NCBI GenBank assembly: GCA_018711275.1
Contig: DVIN01000080.1
Span: 23,168-87,167 of the forward strand
Length of the DNA: 64,000 bases
Source: Candidatus Pullilachnospira intestinigallinarum
GTDB taxonomy: Bacteria; Bacillota; Clostridia; Lachnospirales; Lachnospiraceae
Reading direction: 5' to 3'
Shown piece after piece: positions 10,823-21,237 of the stretch; the first letter of the stretch is position 1, and each line of letters opens with the position of its first letter. The position numbers and the translations under genes were made by a program. The notes beneath the pieces are model-generated. The model was not told the origin of the DNA. It made no database searches and saw only the letters and a program-made list of their open reading frames with translations.

Positions 10823-12118
10823 ATGGATACAGCAATGACACGTCAAATGTATAAGGACATGGGAATTGACGGAAAAATTTTTGATCTGGGCGAGGAGATT
10901 GCCTTCCGCCTGAAGGACCGGTTTGAGGAGATTGACCGGACGGCGGAATATAATCAGCTGAAGGTGGTGGGCGCCATGCAGAAATGCCGTGCCAGCGAAG
11001 CCTGCCTTTATCCCTCCAGCGGCTATGGATACAACGATGTGGGAAGAGATACGCTGGAAGAAATCTACGCCGCGGTCTTTCATACCGAATCGGCTCTGGT
11101 GAGACCGCAGATTGCCTGCGGAACCCATGCGCTGGCGCTGGCTCTGGCCGGTAATCTCAGACCGGGAGATGAACTGCTGTCGCCGGTGGGAAAACCCTAT
11201 GATACGCTGGAGGAAGTAATCGGCATTCGCCCTTCCAGGGGATCCCTGGCGGAATATGGCGTTTCCTACCGGCAGGTGGAGCTCCTGCCGGACGGATCTT
11301 TTGATTATCCTGCCATCCGCAGCGCCATCAATGAAAAAACGCGGCTGGTGGAAATCCAGAGATCCAAAGGCTATCTGACACGCCCCACTTTTTCTGTTCA
11401 GCAGATCGGGGAACTGATTTCCTTTATCCGTCAGATCAAACCGGATGTCATCTGTATGGTGGACAACTGTTACGGAGAATTTGTGGAAACCATCGAACCT
11501 TCCGATGTGGGGGCGGATCTGGTAGTGGGGTCTCTCATCAAAAATCCCGGCGGCGGGCTGGCGCCCACCGGCGGTTACATTGCAGGAAAAAAAGAGTATG
11601 TGGACAATGCGGCATTCCGTCTGACAGCCCCGGGACTTGGCCGGGAAGTAGGCGCAAGCCTGGGCGTTAATCAACCCTTTTACCAGGGGCTGTTCCTTGC
11701 TCCCACTGTGACAGCCGGCGCGCTGAAGGGCGCTGTATTCGCCGCGAATCTCTACGAAGAACTGGGATTTTCCGTGGTGCCGGATGGCAGGGAAAGCCGT
11801 CATGACATCATTCAGGCGGTGACGCTTGGCTCTCCGGAACGGGTGATTGCCTTCTGTAAGGGAATTCAGGCCGCGGCTCCCATTGACAGCTATGTGGACC
11901 CGGAGCCCTGGGCCATGCCGGGCTATGACAGCGATGTGATCATGGCCGCCGGGGCTTTTGTCTCCGGCTCCTCCATCGAACTGAGCGCTGACGGCCCCAT
12001 CAAACCGCCCTACACGGTCTATTTTCAGGGCGGTCTCACCTGGGAACACGCAAAATTCGGAATTCTCATGAGTCTGCAGAAACTTTATGAAAAGGGGCTG
12101 GTGACGCTTCCCGAATAA
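10823..12118 (+). CDS. PLP-dependent 'aluminium resistance'/methionine gamma-lyase-family protein (YnbB-like)
   Basis: 431 aa; SLIKNPGG (PLP lysine region); family usually sits downstream of miaA in Firmicutes. Confidence 0.75.
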   Translation: MDTAMTRQMYKDMGIDGKIFDLGEEIAFRLKDRFEEIDRTAEYNQLKVVGAMQKCRASEACLYPSSGYGYNDVGRDTLEEIYAAVFHTESALVRPQIACGTHALALALAGNLRPGDELLSPVGKPYDTLEEVIGIRPSRGSLAEYGVSYRQVELLPDGSFDYPAIRSAINEKTRLVEIQRSKGYLTRPTFSVQQIGELISFIRQIKPDVICMVDNCYGEFVETIEPSDVGADLVVGSLIKNPGGGLAPTGGYIAGKKEYVDNAAFRLTAPGLGREVGASLGVNQPFYQGLFLAPTVTAGALKGAVFAANLYEELGFSVVPDGRESRHDIIQAVTLGSPERVIAFCKGIQAAAPIDSYVDPEPWAMPGYDSDVIMAAGAFVSGSSIELSADGPIKPPYTVYFQGGLTWEHAKFGILMSLQKLYEKGLVTLPE

Positions 12119-12144
12119 AAGCAGAAGAGAACGGAGGGATATCC

Positions 12145-13338
12145 ATGAATCGTGTGGTAATTATCGGAGGCGGCGCGTCCGGTCTGATGGCCGCCATCCA
12201 GGCGGCCCGTGCCCAAGCGGAAGTAACCGTGCTGGAGCAGAATAAAAAACCGGGGAAAAAAATTCTGGCCACCGGAAACGGCAGATGCAATCTCACCAAT
12301 ATCCGTCAGGAACCTTCCTGCTACCGCTCCCAGGATCCCCGTTTCCCCTGGAAAATCATCCGGCAGTTTCCTTTTGCGGACACCATCCGGTTCTTTTCAG
12401 AACTTGGGATTTATACCAGAAACCGAAACGGATGGATGTACCCTTACAGTGATCAGGCCGCCAGTGTGGCCCGCGTGCTGGAGATGGAAGCGGCATACCG
12501 GAAAGTGAAAATAAAAACCAACCAGCAGGTGCAGCACATCCGAAAGGAAAAGGGTGAATTTCTGGTAAAAACTGACAGCTGGGAGTACCGCTGCGACCGG
12601 GTTATCATCGCCTGCGGCGGCTGTGCCTCTCAGGTGGAGGGCAGTTCCGATTCCGGATACCGGCTGGCGAAGGAACTGGGACACACCGTGATTCCTCCCA
12701 TGCCGGCCCTGGTTCCCTTAAAATGCAGCGGAAATTATTTCGCCCGCTGGGCAGGGGTCCGCATGGAAGGCGTCGTATCTCTGGAAATTGAGGGTCATAT
12801 TTTTTTGCGGGAGAGGGGAGAAGTGCTGTTTACAGATTACGGAATATCCGGAATCCCGGTTTTTCAGATCAGCCGCTATGCGGTGCGGGCATGCCGGGAA
12901 GGAAACCGTGTCCGCTGTCATCTGGATCTGATGCCGGATCTTTCCGCGAAGGAGCTGGCCGCGCTTCTTGATGCCCGCAGGGTTTCCTGTCCCTACAAGC
13001 ATGTGAAAGAGCTGCTTGTAGGGCTGGTGCCGGAGAAGATGATTCCCATTCTGACCGGGGATTCTGATGACCCGGAACAGGCGGTCAGAAATATGAAGGA
13101 CTGGACGGTGACGGTGAAAGACGGCCATTCCTTCCGTCAGGCGCAGGTCTGCTCCGGAGGCGTCAGTACCCGGGAACTGACGGAGGAGATGGAATCCCGC
13201 CTGACTGCCGGAGTCTATTTTGCCGGCGAAGTGGCAGACGTGGACGGCCCCTGCGGAGGCTATAACCTTCAATGGGCCTGGTCCAGCGGCGCAGTGGCAG
13301 GAAGAGCCGCCGCAGGACAGAAAGGAGAAGAGGAATGA
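12145..13338 (+). CDS. HI0933/BaiN-like NAD(P)/FAD-dependent flavoprotein
   Basis: IIGGGASGLMAA dinucleotide motif, TGNGRCNLTN, C-terminal GGYNLQWAWSSG. Confidence 0.8.
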   Translation: MNRVVIIGGGASGLMAAIQAARAQAEVTVLEQNKKPGKKILATGNGRCNLTNIRQEPSCYRSQDPRFPWKIIRQFPFADTIRFFSELGIYTRNRNGWMYPYSDQAASVARVLEMEAAYRKVKIKTNQQVQHIRKEKGEFLVKTDSWEYRCDRVIIACGGCASQVEGSSDSGYRLAKELGHTVIPPMPALVPLKCSGNYFARWAGVRMEGVVSLEIEGHIFLRERGEVLFTDYGISGIPVFQISRYAVRACREGNRVRCHLDLMPDLSAKELAALLDARRVSCPYKHVKELLVGLVPEKMIPILTGDSDDPEQAVRNMKDWTVTVKDGHSFRQAQVCSGGVSTRELTEEMESRLTAGVYFAGEVADVDGPCGGYNLQWAWSSGAVAGRAAAGQKGEEE

Positions 13339-14951
13339 TTCGAATTTCACAGCTGAAAATACCGCTTCCTTTCCAGGAAGAACATCTCCTCAGGCAGATT
13401 TTGCAGACACTGAAAATCCGTCGGGAAGAACTTATTTCCTGGAAACTGGTCCGCCGGTCTGTGGACGCCAGAAAAAAGCCCAGGCTGTTTTATGTCTGCA
13501 CCGTGGACGTCCATACGGCCCAGGAGACAAAAATCCTGAACCGGGCCAAAAAAACAGGGAACCAGAATATTATCAAGGCGCCGGATACCTCTTATCGGCT
13601 GCCCTCCTGCGGAAGTGAAAAGCTCGCCCTTCGCCCGGTGATTGCCGGCAGCGGACCGGCGGGACTTTTCTGTGCCTGGATTCTGGCAAAATCCGGTTAT
13701 CAGCCGCTGGTACTGGAGCGGGGGGATCAGGCAGAGATCCGGAAACAGAAGGTGGACGCTTTCTGGGCCGGAGGTCCTCTGGATATCCGCAGCAACGTAC
13801 AGTTTGGCGAGGGAGGCGCCGGAACCTTTTCCGATGGGAAACTGAATACTTCCGTAAAGGATCCGGCGGGAAGAAACAGGAAGGTGCTGGAACTGTTTGT
13901 GGAAGCCGGAGCTCCCCCGCAGATTCTCTGGGATCAGAAGCCTCATCTGGGAACGGATCAGCTGATCACTATTATCACGACGCTGCGCCGCCAGATTGAA
14001 GAGATGGGCGGAGAGTTCCGGTTTGGCAGCCAGGTGACGGATCTGGAGACGGAAGGCGAAAGACTTTCCCGTATCGAGATCAATCACAGTACCTGGATGG
14101 ACACCCGGATTCTGGTGGCCGCCATCGGCCACAGTGCCCGGGATACCTTTGCCATGCTGAAAAAACACAACATTGTCATGGAACCCAAATCCTTTGCCGT
14201 GGGAGTGCGTATCGAGCATCCCCAGTCCATGATCAACCGGTCCCAGTACGGTGTTCCCCGACAGCAGGAACTGGGAGCGGCCAGTTATAAAGTGACCTGT
14301 CAGCTTCCGTCGGGAAGGGGCGTTTATTCCTTCTGTATGTGTCCCGGAGGCTATGTGGTAAACGCTTCCTCGGAAAAAAATCTTCTGGCGGTCAACGGCA
14401 TGAGCTACCACAGCCGGGCGGGGAAAAACGCCAACAGTGCCATGATCGTCACCGTTTCTTTGGAGGATTATCTGCCTTATGCTTCTTTGGACGCAGGAGT
14501 TCTGGCGGGCGTAGACTTCCAGCGGTATCTGGAGAAAAGGGCCTTTGAAGCAGGAGGCGGGCGGATTCCGGTGCAGACCTATCAGGATTTCTGCCGGAAA
14601 AAGGAGACGACCGCTTTCGGTCAGGTATCCCCCTGTATGAAGGGAGCATTTTCCATGGCGAATGTGGCGGAGATTTTTCCGGACGTGATCTGGAAATCTC
14701 TTGTGGAGGGTATTGCCGTCTGCGGCAGAAAAATCGAAGGCTTCGACCGGCCGGACGCGCTGCTTTCCGGGGTGGAAAGCCGGACTTCGTCGCCGGTGCG
14801 TATCCTTCGGGATGAAAGTTTTCAGTCCTCTCTTTTGGGTCTTTACCCCTGCGGAGAAGGCGCCGGTTACGCCGGCGGCATCACCTCCGCGGCCATGGAC
14901 GGCCTGAAAGTGGCGGAGGCGATCTGTAAAAAATATATGAATTTCCTGTGA
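13335..14951 (+). CDS. FAD-dependent dehydrogenase (COG2509-like)
   Basis: ATG 13335 overlaps upstream stop (ATGA); VIAGSGPAGLF motif, CPGGYVV, GEGAGYAGGI. Confidence 0.75.
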   Translation: MIRISQLKIPLPFQEEHLLRQILQTLKIRREELISWKLVRRSVDARKKPRLFYVCTVDVHTAQETKILNRAKKTGNQNIIKAPDTSYRLPSCGSEKLALRPVIAGSGPAGLFCAWILAKSGYQPLVLERGDQAEIRKQKVDAFWAGGPLDIRSNVQFGEGGAGTFSDGKLNTSVKDPAGRNRKVLELFVEAGAPPQILWDQKPHLGTDQLITIITTLRRQIEEMGGEFRFGSQVTDLETEGERLSRIEINHSTWMDTRILVAAIGHSARDTFAMLKKHNIVMEPKSFAVGVRIEHPQSMINRSQYGVPRQQELGAASYKVTCQLPSGRGVYSFCMCPGGYVVNASSEKNLLAVNGMSYHSRAGKNANSAMIVTVSLEDYLPYASLDAGVLAGVDFQRYLEKRAFEAGGGRIPVQTYQDFCRKKETTAFGQVSPCMKGAFSMANVAEIFPDVIWKSLVEGIAVCGRKIEGFDRPDALLSGVESRTSSPVRILRDESFQSSLLGLYPCGEGAGYAGGITSAAMDGLKVAEAICKKYMNFL

Positions 14952-15040
14952 TACCGGTATACTTTGACCGGAAATTATGCTACAATATTTTCCGTATTGT
15001 GGGGAGTCTGGCATCTTCCCGCTATCAGCCGCTAAAAATT

Positions 15041-15751
15041 ATGAAGGAAAAGAAGAACCTTCCGAAAAATACTATCGGGGATATGCCGCCGGAGGAACGT
15101 CCCTACGAAAAATGTCTGCAGGACGGTCCGGAAGCCCTCAGTGACCGGCAGCTTCTGGCTGTGATTCTGCGCTCCGGTGTTCCGGGATCCTCGGCGGTGG
15201 ATCTGGCCGGCAGTGTCCTGGAGAAGTGTTCCCATGCCGAGGGACTTCTGGGGATTCATCATCTGTCGCTTGCGCAGCTGATGGAGATCCGCGGCATCGG
15301 AAGGGTGAAGGCTATCCAGATCAAGTGTATCGGCGAGCTTTCCAAACGGATCGCCGCCAGATCGGCCCGGAAACTGCTGGATTTTGCCAGCCCGGAGACC
15401 ATTGCCGGGTATTATATGGAGCAGATGCGCCATGAAGAACAGGAACAGATGATCTGTATGATGCTGAACACGAAAAATCAGCTGCTGGGGGAGGAGCGGA
15501 TCTCCCGGGGAACGGTGAACGCTTCTTTAGTGTCCCCGAGGGATCTGCTGCTGGCAGCCCTGAAGTATCATGCGGTACATATCATTCTGGTTCACAATCA
15601 TCCCAGCGGCAGTCCCGAGCCCAGCCGGGATGACATTCTTCTGACCCGCCGGATAGAGGCGGCCTGCCAGCTGGTGGACATACCGCTGCTGGATCACATC
15701 GTGATCGGCGATCACCGGTATGTCAGTTTTCGGGAAGAGGGGCTTCTGTGA
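15041..15751 (+). CDS. radC: RadC-family JAB-domain protein
   Basis: LLAVILRSG, HhH region, JAB motif LVHNHPSGSPEPSRDD; start moved to ATG 15041. Confidence 0.85.
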   Translation: MKEKKNLPKNTIGDMPPEERPYEKCLQDGPEALSDRQLLAVILRSGVPGSSAVDLAGSVLEKCSHAEGLLGIHHLSLAQLMEIRGIGRVKAIQIKCIGELSKRIAARSARKLLDFASPETIAGYYMEQMRHEEQEQMICMMLNTKNQLLGEERISRGTVNASLVSPRDLLLAALKYHAVHIILVHNHPSGSPEPSRDDILLTRRIEAACQLVDIPLLDHIVIGDHRYVSFREEGLL

Positions 15752-15833
15752 CCTGAGGCACAGAAGGAATGACAGAAGGGACAGAACCGTCTGGCTCTCT
15801 GGAGTCAGAACGGGATGAAGGGATATTCAGTTT

Positions 15834-16847
15834 ATGTTTAACAGCCATATATATGGAATCGATCCGGGGAGCAGTATCATGAAGATCTATTCCCGACAGA
15901 CCGATGAAATTATAAAAGAGAGAAATATGATTGCCATCCGCAACCGGGAGGACATTCTCGCCGCAGGCAACGAGGCCTATGAGATGTTTGAAAAGAATCC
16001 GGCCAACGTAACGGTGGATTCCCCCATGGCGGGCGGCATGATTGCAAATATCAGTTATCTGGAGATTGTGCTCCACTATCTGCTGCGCCGGACAGGGTGC
16101 AGGGTGGGCCGTCATCCGGTCATTTACTTTGCGGTCCCTGTGGATATGACGGAGATAGAAAAGAGAGCCTATTACTCCGTGGCTCACAGCGGCCAGCTTC
16201 GAAAAAGCAAGGTGCTTCTGGTAGAAAAGCCGATCGCGGATGCCCTGGCCCTTGGAATTCCCATCAATAAGACAAAAGGATCCATGATCGTCAATATCGG
16301 CGCGGCCACCACGGAAATTTCCGTTATCGCGGATGCCCGGGTGATCATCAGCAAGATCGTTCCCCTGGGTGGCGACCGGTTCAACAGCGATATTGTAAAT
16401 ACCGTTCGGAGGAATTATAATTTTTCCATCAGCCGCCGGACGGCCAACCGTCTGAAGGTTTCACTGGCAGATCTGAAAACCCAGAAAAAGGTTGCCGGCC
16501 GGGTGGCGGGCATTGATTGTGTGTCGGGTCTCCCCCGGGAAAAAGTGATCCCTTCCCGGCTGATTAACCGCTCTGTGCGGGCCGGTGTGGAGGAGATCGG
16601 CGGCCAGATCCGTTCTTTCCTTGAACGGACGCCTCCGCAGATTCACAGAAACATTCTGGCGGAGGGGATTTATCTGACGGGAGGCAGCACACGGATCTCC
16701 CATATTGACCAGGTTCTCACGGAAGAGGCGGGATGCTCCATCCTGTTGTCCAAGTACTACGATCTGTGTACCGTATACGGTCTGAAAGAGATTATTACCC
16801 ACGACGCCCTGCATCACTGGGCTTTTACACCCAAATTCAGAAAGTAG
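15834..16847 (+). CDS. mreB: MreB-family actin-like protein, divergent
   Basis: Collinear with MreB (GIDPGSS, EKPIADALALG, GSMIVNIGAATTEISVI, IYLTGGST) and directly upstream of mreC-mreD. Confidence 0.8.
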   Translation: MFNSHIYGIDPGSSIMKIYSRQTDEIIKERNMIAIRNREDILAAGNEAYEMFEKNPANVTVDSPMAGGMIANISYLEIVLHYLLRRTGCRVGRHPVIYFAVPVDMTEIEKRAYYSVAHSGQLRKSKVLLVEKPIADALALGIPINKTKGSMIVNIGAATTEISVIADARVIISKIVPLGGDRFNSDIVNTVRRNYNFSISRRTANRLKVSLADLKTQKKVAGRVAGIDCVSGLPREKVIPSRLINRSVRAGVEEIGGQIRSFLERTPPQIHRNILAEGIYLTGGSTRISHIDQVLTEEAGCSILLSKYYDLCTVYGLKEIITHDALHHWAFTPKFRK

Positions 16848-16859
16848 GAGGCGCTTCCT

Positions 16860-17726
16860 TTGAAAAAGAAAAACAGATATCATATGCAGACAAAACACCT
16901 GATCGCGGTCATGACGATTCTGTGCATCGGTCTGATCGCCCTTTCCCTTACCTCCCGGTTTTCTTTTGCTCCGGTGCGCAGTGCGCTGGGCTATGTGATT
17001 GTGCCGTTTCAGAATGGCATCAACGTGGTGGGGGACTGGATGACCGAACAGAAAAACGGGTTCCAGAGTATGAAAGATCTGGCCCGGGAAAATGAAGAGC
17101 TGCAGGCACAGGTAGATGAACTGGAAGCGAAAAACAGTACGCTGGTACAGGATCAGGAGGAAGTGGACCGGCTCCGCACCCTCTACAATCTGGATCAGGA
17201 TTACTCCGAGTATGACAAGGTGGCTGCTCAGGTGATCGGAAAGGACGCCGGCAACTGGTACAATACCTTTATCATCAACCGGGGCAGCGAGGACGGCATT
17301 GGCGTGGATATGAACGTGATTGCCGGCGCGGGTCTGGCTGGAATCATCACGGAGGTGGGACCTCACTGGGCCACGGTCCGTTCCATCATCGATGATACCA
17401 GCAACGTGAGCGCCACGGTAACCTCGATTTCCCAGAACTGTATTGTGACGGGAGACCTGGAGATGATGGATGAAGGAAAGATCCGTTTTATTCAGCTGAC
17501 GGACAGGGAAGATCAGGTGCAGGAGGGGGACAAGGTGGTTACCTCCTCTGTCAGCAGCAAGTTCCTGAGGGGAATTCTTATCGGTTACATCAGCGATGTG
17601 GAAACCGATTCCAACAATCTGACCAAGCAGGGTACCATCATCCCGGCGGTGGATTTTGACAATATCCAGGAAGTGCTGGTTATCACGCAGCTGAAACAGC
17701 AGCCGGACGAGGAGGGAGCGTCATAA
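16860..17726 (+). CDS. mreC: rod shape-determining protein MreC
   Basis: TM anchor, coiled coil (ENEELQAQVDELEAKN), MreC beta-barrel; AGGAGG + TTG start. Confidence 0.85.
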   Translation: MKKKNRYHMQTKHLIAVMTILCIGLIALSLTSRFSFAPVRSALGYVIVPFQNGINVVGDWMTEQKNGFQSMKDLARENEELQAQVDELEAKNSTLVQDQEEVDRLRTLYNLDQDYSEYDKVAAQVIGKDAGNWYNTFIINRGSEDGIGVDMNVIAGAGLAGIITEVGPHWATVRSIIDDTSNVSATVTSISQNCIVTGDLEMMDEGKIRFIQLTDREDQVQEGDKVVTSSVSSKFLRGILIGYISDVETDSNNLTKQGTIIPAVDFDNIQEVLVITQLKQQPDEEGAS

Positions 17727-18248
17727 ATGAGGAGAAAAATCACTCTGGCAGTGCTCATACTGATTGTTTTCATTCTGCAGGGAACCATCTTTCAGACACT
17801 GGCCATCGCCTCCATATCGCCCAATCTGCTGCTGGTGCTGACCGTTTCCTTCGGTTTCATGAGAGGAAAGCGGGAAGGGCTTTTCGTAGGGTTTTTCTGC
17901 GGGCTGCTGATTGATATTTTCTACGGATATGAGAATGCCATCGGATTTTACGCGCTGCTGTATATGTACATCGGCTTCCTCAACGGATTTCTGTACAAAG
18001 TTTTTTATGACGATGACATCAAGGTTCCCATGCTTCTTGTGGGGGTCAGCGATGTGGCCTACGGCCTTGTGGTTTACGGCATACAGTTTCTCTTAAGGGG
18101 CCGGCTGGACGTATTTGGCTATCTGTATCGTATTATTGTCCCTGAGATGGTTTATACGGTGCTGATCACCGTAATCTTTTACAGGATTTTATTCTGGCTG
18201 AACCGAAAACTTACCGAAACTGAATGGGAAGGACCGAGATTACCTTGA
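17727..18248 (+). CDS. mreD: rod shape-determining protein MreD
   Basis: 173-aa polytopic membrane protein immediately after mreC. Confidence 0.75.
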   Translation: MRRKITLAVLILIVFILQGTIFQTLAIASISPNLLLVLTVSFGFMRGKREGLFVGFFCGLLIDIFYGYENAIGFYALLYMYIGFLNGFLYKVFYDDDIKVPMLLVGVSDVAYGLVVYGIQFLLRGRLDVFGYLYRIIVPEMVYTVLITVIFYRILFWLNRKLTETEWEGPRLP

Positions 18249-21157
18249 AAAGACGACTGAAAAAATTCCTGAAAAAAATAGCAATTCAGAGAACAACCGC
18301 GCTGATTCTGGTTTTTGTTCTTCTGGCTGTGATTCTTCTGCAGAGACTCTTTTCCCTGCAGGTGATTCACGGACAGGAGTATGCGGACAATTTCAGCCTT
18401 CAGACCACCCGGACCAGAACGCTGAAAAGCACCCGCGGCAATATTTATGACAGAAACGGGAATGTACTGGCTTCCAATGAGCTGTCCTATTCCGTTACGC
18501 TGGAAGACAATGGCACCTATTCCACCACACGGGAGAGGAATCTGTCCCTGAATGGAGAGATTTACCGGATTCTTCAGATCGTGGAAGAAAACGGTGACAG
18601 TTTAAGTTCCGGTTTTCATGTGGTGCTGGATGACAGTGGATCATACGCCTATGATGTGGAAGGCGTTTCTCTGCAGCGTTTCAGGGCTGACGTTTATGGC
18701 CACAGCCTGATCGATGACCTCAAAAGTGAAGAGGCAGATGCAACCGCTGAGGAGATGATGGAGGATCTGGCGGACCGTTTCGGCCTGACGGATCCGAAGG
18801 ATAAACCTTACAGTGAGGAGGAACTTCTCGAGGTGGGGCTGCCGCAGGAGCTGACAAAGGAAGAGATCCTGAAGATCGTAACAGTGCGTTATGCCATGTC
18901 CATTGTCAGCTTCCAGCGGTATATGCCGGTGACCATTGCCTCGGATGTCAGCGAGGAGACGGCATCCGCCATTTTAGAGAACCAGCCGACGCTTCAGGGA
19001 GTGGATGTGGCCGAGGATTCCATCCGTGTCTACACGGACGCAGAGTATTTTTCCAATCTGCTGGGCTACACCGGCCAGATTTCCTCTGAGGAACTGACGA
19101 AGCTGCAGGAGGAAAACCCGGATGCCGGTTATTCCACCACATCCATCGTGGGAAAATCCGGACTGGAGCAGGTGATGGAACCCACGCTTCAGGGGCAGGA
19201 CGGATCAGAGAAAGTCTATGTGGACAATCTGGGAAAGGTGCTGGAGGTGGACGAGGAGAGCCGTCAGGAGCCGGTACAGGGAAACGATGTTTATCTGACC
19301 ATTGACAAAGACCTGCAGATCGCCTGCTATCGGATTCTGGAACAGCGGATTGCAGGTATTATTGTAAGCAATCTGTCCAACATCAAAACCTTTGAGGCAT
19401 CGGAGGATGTGCAGGCATCCGCCATTCCGATCCCCATCTACGATGTGTACAATGCCCTGATCAGCAATTCTGTCATTGATATTTCGCATTTTCTGGCGGA
19501 TGACGCCTCTGCCACGGAGCAGAAGGTACAGCAGGCGTTTGAGCGGAAGCAGCAGGAGGTCTTCCAGTGGATTACGGATGATCTCACCGGAACGGATCCG
19601 GAGCCCTATTCCCAACTGGATGAAGAAATGCAGGAATATGAAAGCTACATCGTCAATGATCTTCTGATGGACAAAACAGGGATTCTTTCCGAATCTGCCA
19701 TTGATAAAAATGATGATGTTTACAAGGCCTGGACCAGTGAGGAGTCCATCAGTCTGCAGGAGTATCTGACTTATGCGGCCAGCCAGAACTGGATCGACAT
19801 TTCTCAGATCTCCAGCCAGGAAACATACCTGGATTCCCAGCAGGTGTATCAGGAACTGGCAGCCTATATTGTGGATTATCTGTCCACCGATACGGATTTC
19901 AGCAAACTGCTGTACCATTATATGCTGCTGGATGACGAGATATCCGGACGGGATCTGTGCATCATTCTTTATGAACAGGGGATCCTTTCCACAGATGACG
20001 GAGTTTATGAATCCTTTTTGGAGGGAGAGGTAACTCCTTTTGATCTTCTGAGTCAGAAAATTGACAGTCTGGAGATCACCCCGGCACAGCTGGCATTAAA
20101 CCCCTGCTCCGGTTCCATTGTCATTGTGGATCCCAACACGGGGGAGACTCTGGCCTGTGTCTCCTATCCGGGATACGACAATAACCGGCTGGCCAACAAT
20201 ATGGATACGGCCTACTACCGGAAACTGAACAGCGATCTGTCCAGTCCCTTCTACAACAAGGCCACACAGCAGAGAACGGCTCCCGGCTCCACCTTCAAAC
20301 CGATTACGGCGGTGGCAGGCCTGATGGAAGGCGTCATTAATGACAATACTGTCATCAACTGCAACGGCCTGTTTGACAAGATTCCGGGATCTCCGCTGCA
20401 GTGCTGGCAGACTTCCGGACATGGGAATCTGACCATCCGCGAAGGTATTGCCAATTCCTGCAACGTATTTTTCAGTGAAACCGCCTACCGGCTGGGACAG
20501 AATGAGGACGGCGTATTTTCCGACTCTACGGCGCTCCAGAAGCTGACCGCTTACGCGCAGCTGTTCAATATGGACAAAGAATCGGGGCTGGAAATTTCCG
20601 AGTCCACGCCACAGATTTCTGACAGCATGCCCATTCCTTCTGCTATCGGACAGGGTACGCATAACTACACCACCTCTCAGCTGGCCCGCTATGTGGCCTC
20701 CCTGGCCAACAGCGGCACCAGTTACAATATTTCACTGCTGGACCGGGTGACGGACGCGTCCGGTAATCTGATTCAGGATTACACGCCAGAGGTGCTGAGT
20801 ACCATAGATCTTCCCCAGTGGATCTGGGATGATCTTCATGCGGGTATGGAGGGGGTTATCACAGAAACCAACAGTTACATTTTCGGTGATCTGGATGTGA
20901 CGCTTGCCGGAAAAACCGGTACGGCGGAGATCACTGCCGGTCAGGCCAACCACGCTTTGTTTGTGGGGTATGCGCCTTCGGATACTCCCGAAATTGCCCT
21001 GGCTGTACGAATCGCGAATGGTTACTCATCTCAGAATGCCGCCTGGGTGGCAAGAGATGTTTTAAACTATTATTTTGAACTGGAAGATGAATCAGAGATC
21101 CTCTCTGGAGAAGCACAGACCAATGGTATGACTACCAATAATGTACGGACGGATTAA
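18224..21157 (+). CDS. mrdA: penicillin-binding protein 2 (class B transpeptidase), long form
   Basis: STFK (GSTFKPIT), SxN (ANSCN), KTGTA; start uncertain (ATG 18224 or TTG 18245 overlapping the mreD stop). Confidence 0.9.
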   Translation: MGRTEITLKRRLKKFLKKIAIQRTTALILVFVLLAVILLQRLFSLQVIHGQEYADNFSLQTTRTRTLKSTRGNIYDRNGNVLASNELSYSVTLEDNGTYSTTRERNLSLNGEIYRILQIVEENGDSLSSGFHVVLDDSGSYAYDVEGVSLQRFRADVYGHSLIDDLKSEEADATAEEMMEDLADRFGLTDPKDKPYSEEELLEVGLPQELTKEEILKIVTVRYAMSIVSFQRYMPVTIASDVSEETASAILENQPTLQGVDVAEDSIRVYTDAEYFSNLLGYTGQISSEELTKLQEENPDAGYSTTSIVGKSGLEQVMEPTLQGQDGSEKVYVDNLGKVLEVDEESRQEPVQGNDVYLTIDKDLQIACYRILEQRIAGIIVSNLSNIKTFEASEDVQASAIPIPIYDVYNALISNSVIDISHFLADDASATEQKVQQAFERKQQEVFQWITDDLTGTDPEPYSQLDEEMQEYESYIVNDLLMDKTGILSESAIDKNDDVYKAWTSEESISLQEYLTYAASQNWIDISQISSQETYLDSQQVYQELAAYIVDYLSTDTDFSKLLYHYMLLDDEISGRDLCIILYEQGILSTDDGVYESFLEGEVTPFDLLSQKIDSLEITPAQLALNPCSGSIVIVDPNTGETLACVSYPGYDNNRLANNMDTAYYRKLNSDLSSPFYNKATQQRTAPGSTFKPITAVAGLMEGVINDNTVINCNGLFDKIPGSPLQCWQTSGHGNLTIREGIANSCNVFFSETAYRLGQNEDGVFSDSTALQKLTAYAQLFNMDKESGLEISESTPQISDSMPIPSAIGQGTHNYTTSQLARYVASLANSGTSYNISLLDRVTDASGNLIQDYTPEVLSTIDLPQWIWDDLHAGMEGVITETNSYIFGDLDVTLAGKTGTAEITAGQANHALFVGYAPSDTPEIALAVRIANGYSSQNAAWVARDVLNYYFELEDESEILSGEAQTNGMTTNNVRTD

Positions 21158-21179
21158 GCGCTTCGGCGCCGTTCAAAGG

Positions 21180-21210
21180 GGAAGCGCCCGCCAGCGGGCG
21201 GGGTGCTTCC
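21180..21210 (+). other. GC-rich hairpin between mrdA and minD (no U-tract)
   Basis: GGAAGCGCCCGCC / GGGCGGGGTGCTTCC, about 13 bp with one bulge; possible terminator or processing/stability element. Confidence 0.3.
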
Positions 21211-21237
21211 AAATTTCAAGAACCAGGAGGATGGAAG

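Noticed and set aside
9248-12049. 933-aa minus-strand ORF, together with other very long antisense ORFs (for example 13347-15014, 7847-8980, 6861-7853, 46683-47840, 51234-52673, 56820-57734, 39851-40738)
   Set aside because: Each lies opposite a gene with unmistakable family motifs. Their translations are R/G/P/H-rich low-complexity sequence with no motifs or RBS. These are typical shadow ORFs of GC-rich coding DNA.
21158-21237. Absence of minC upstream of minD
   Set aside because: It is absent from this block, but it could be encoded elsewhere or be genuinely absent in the clade. Absence from one window is not evidence of anything unusual.
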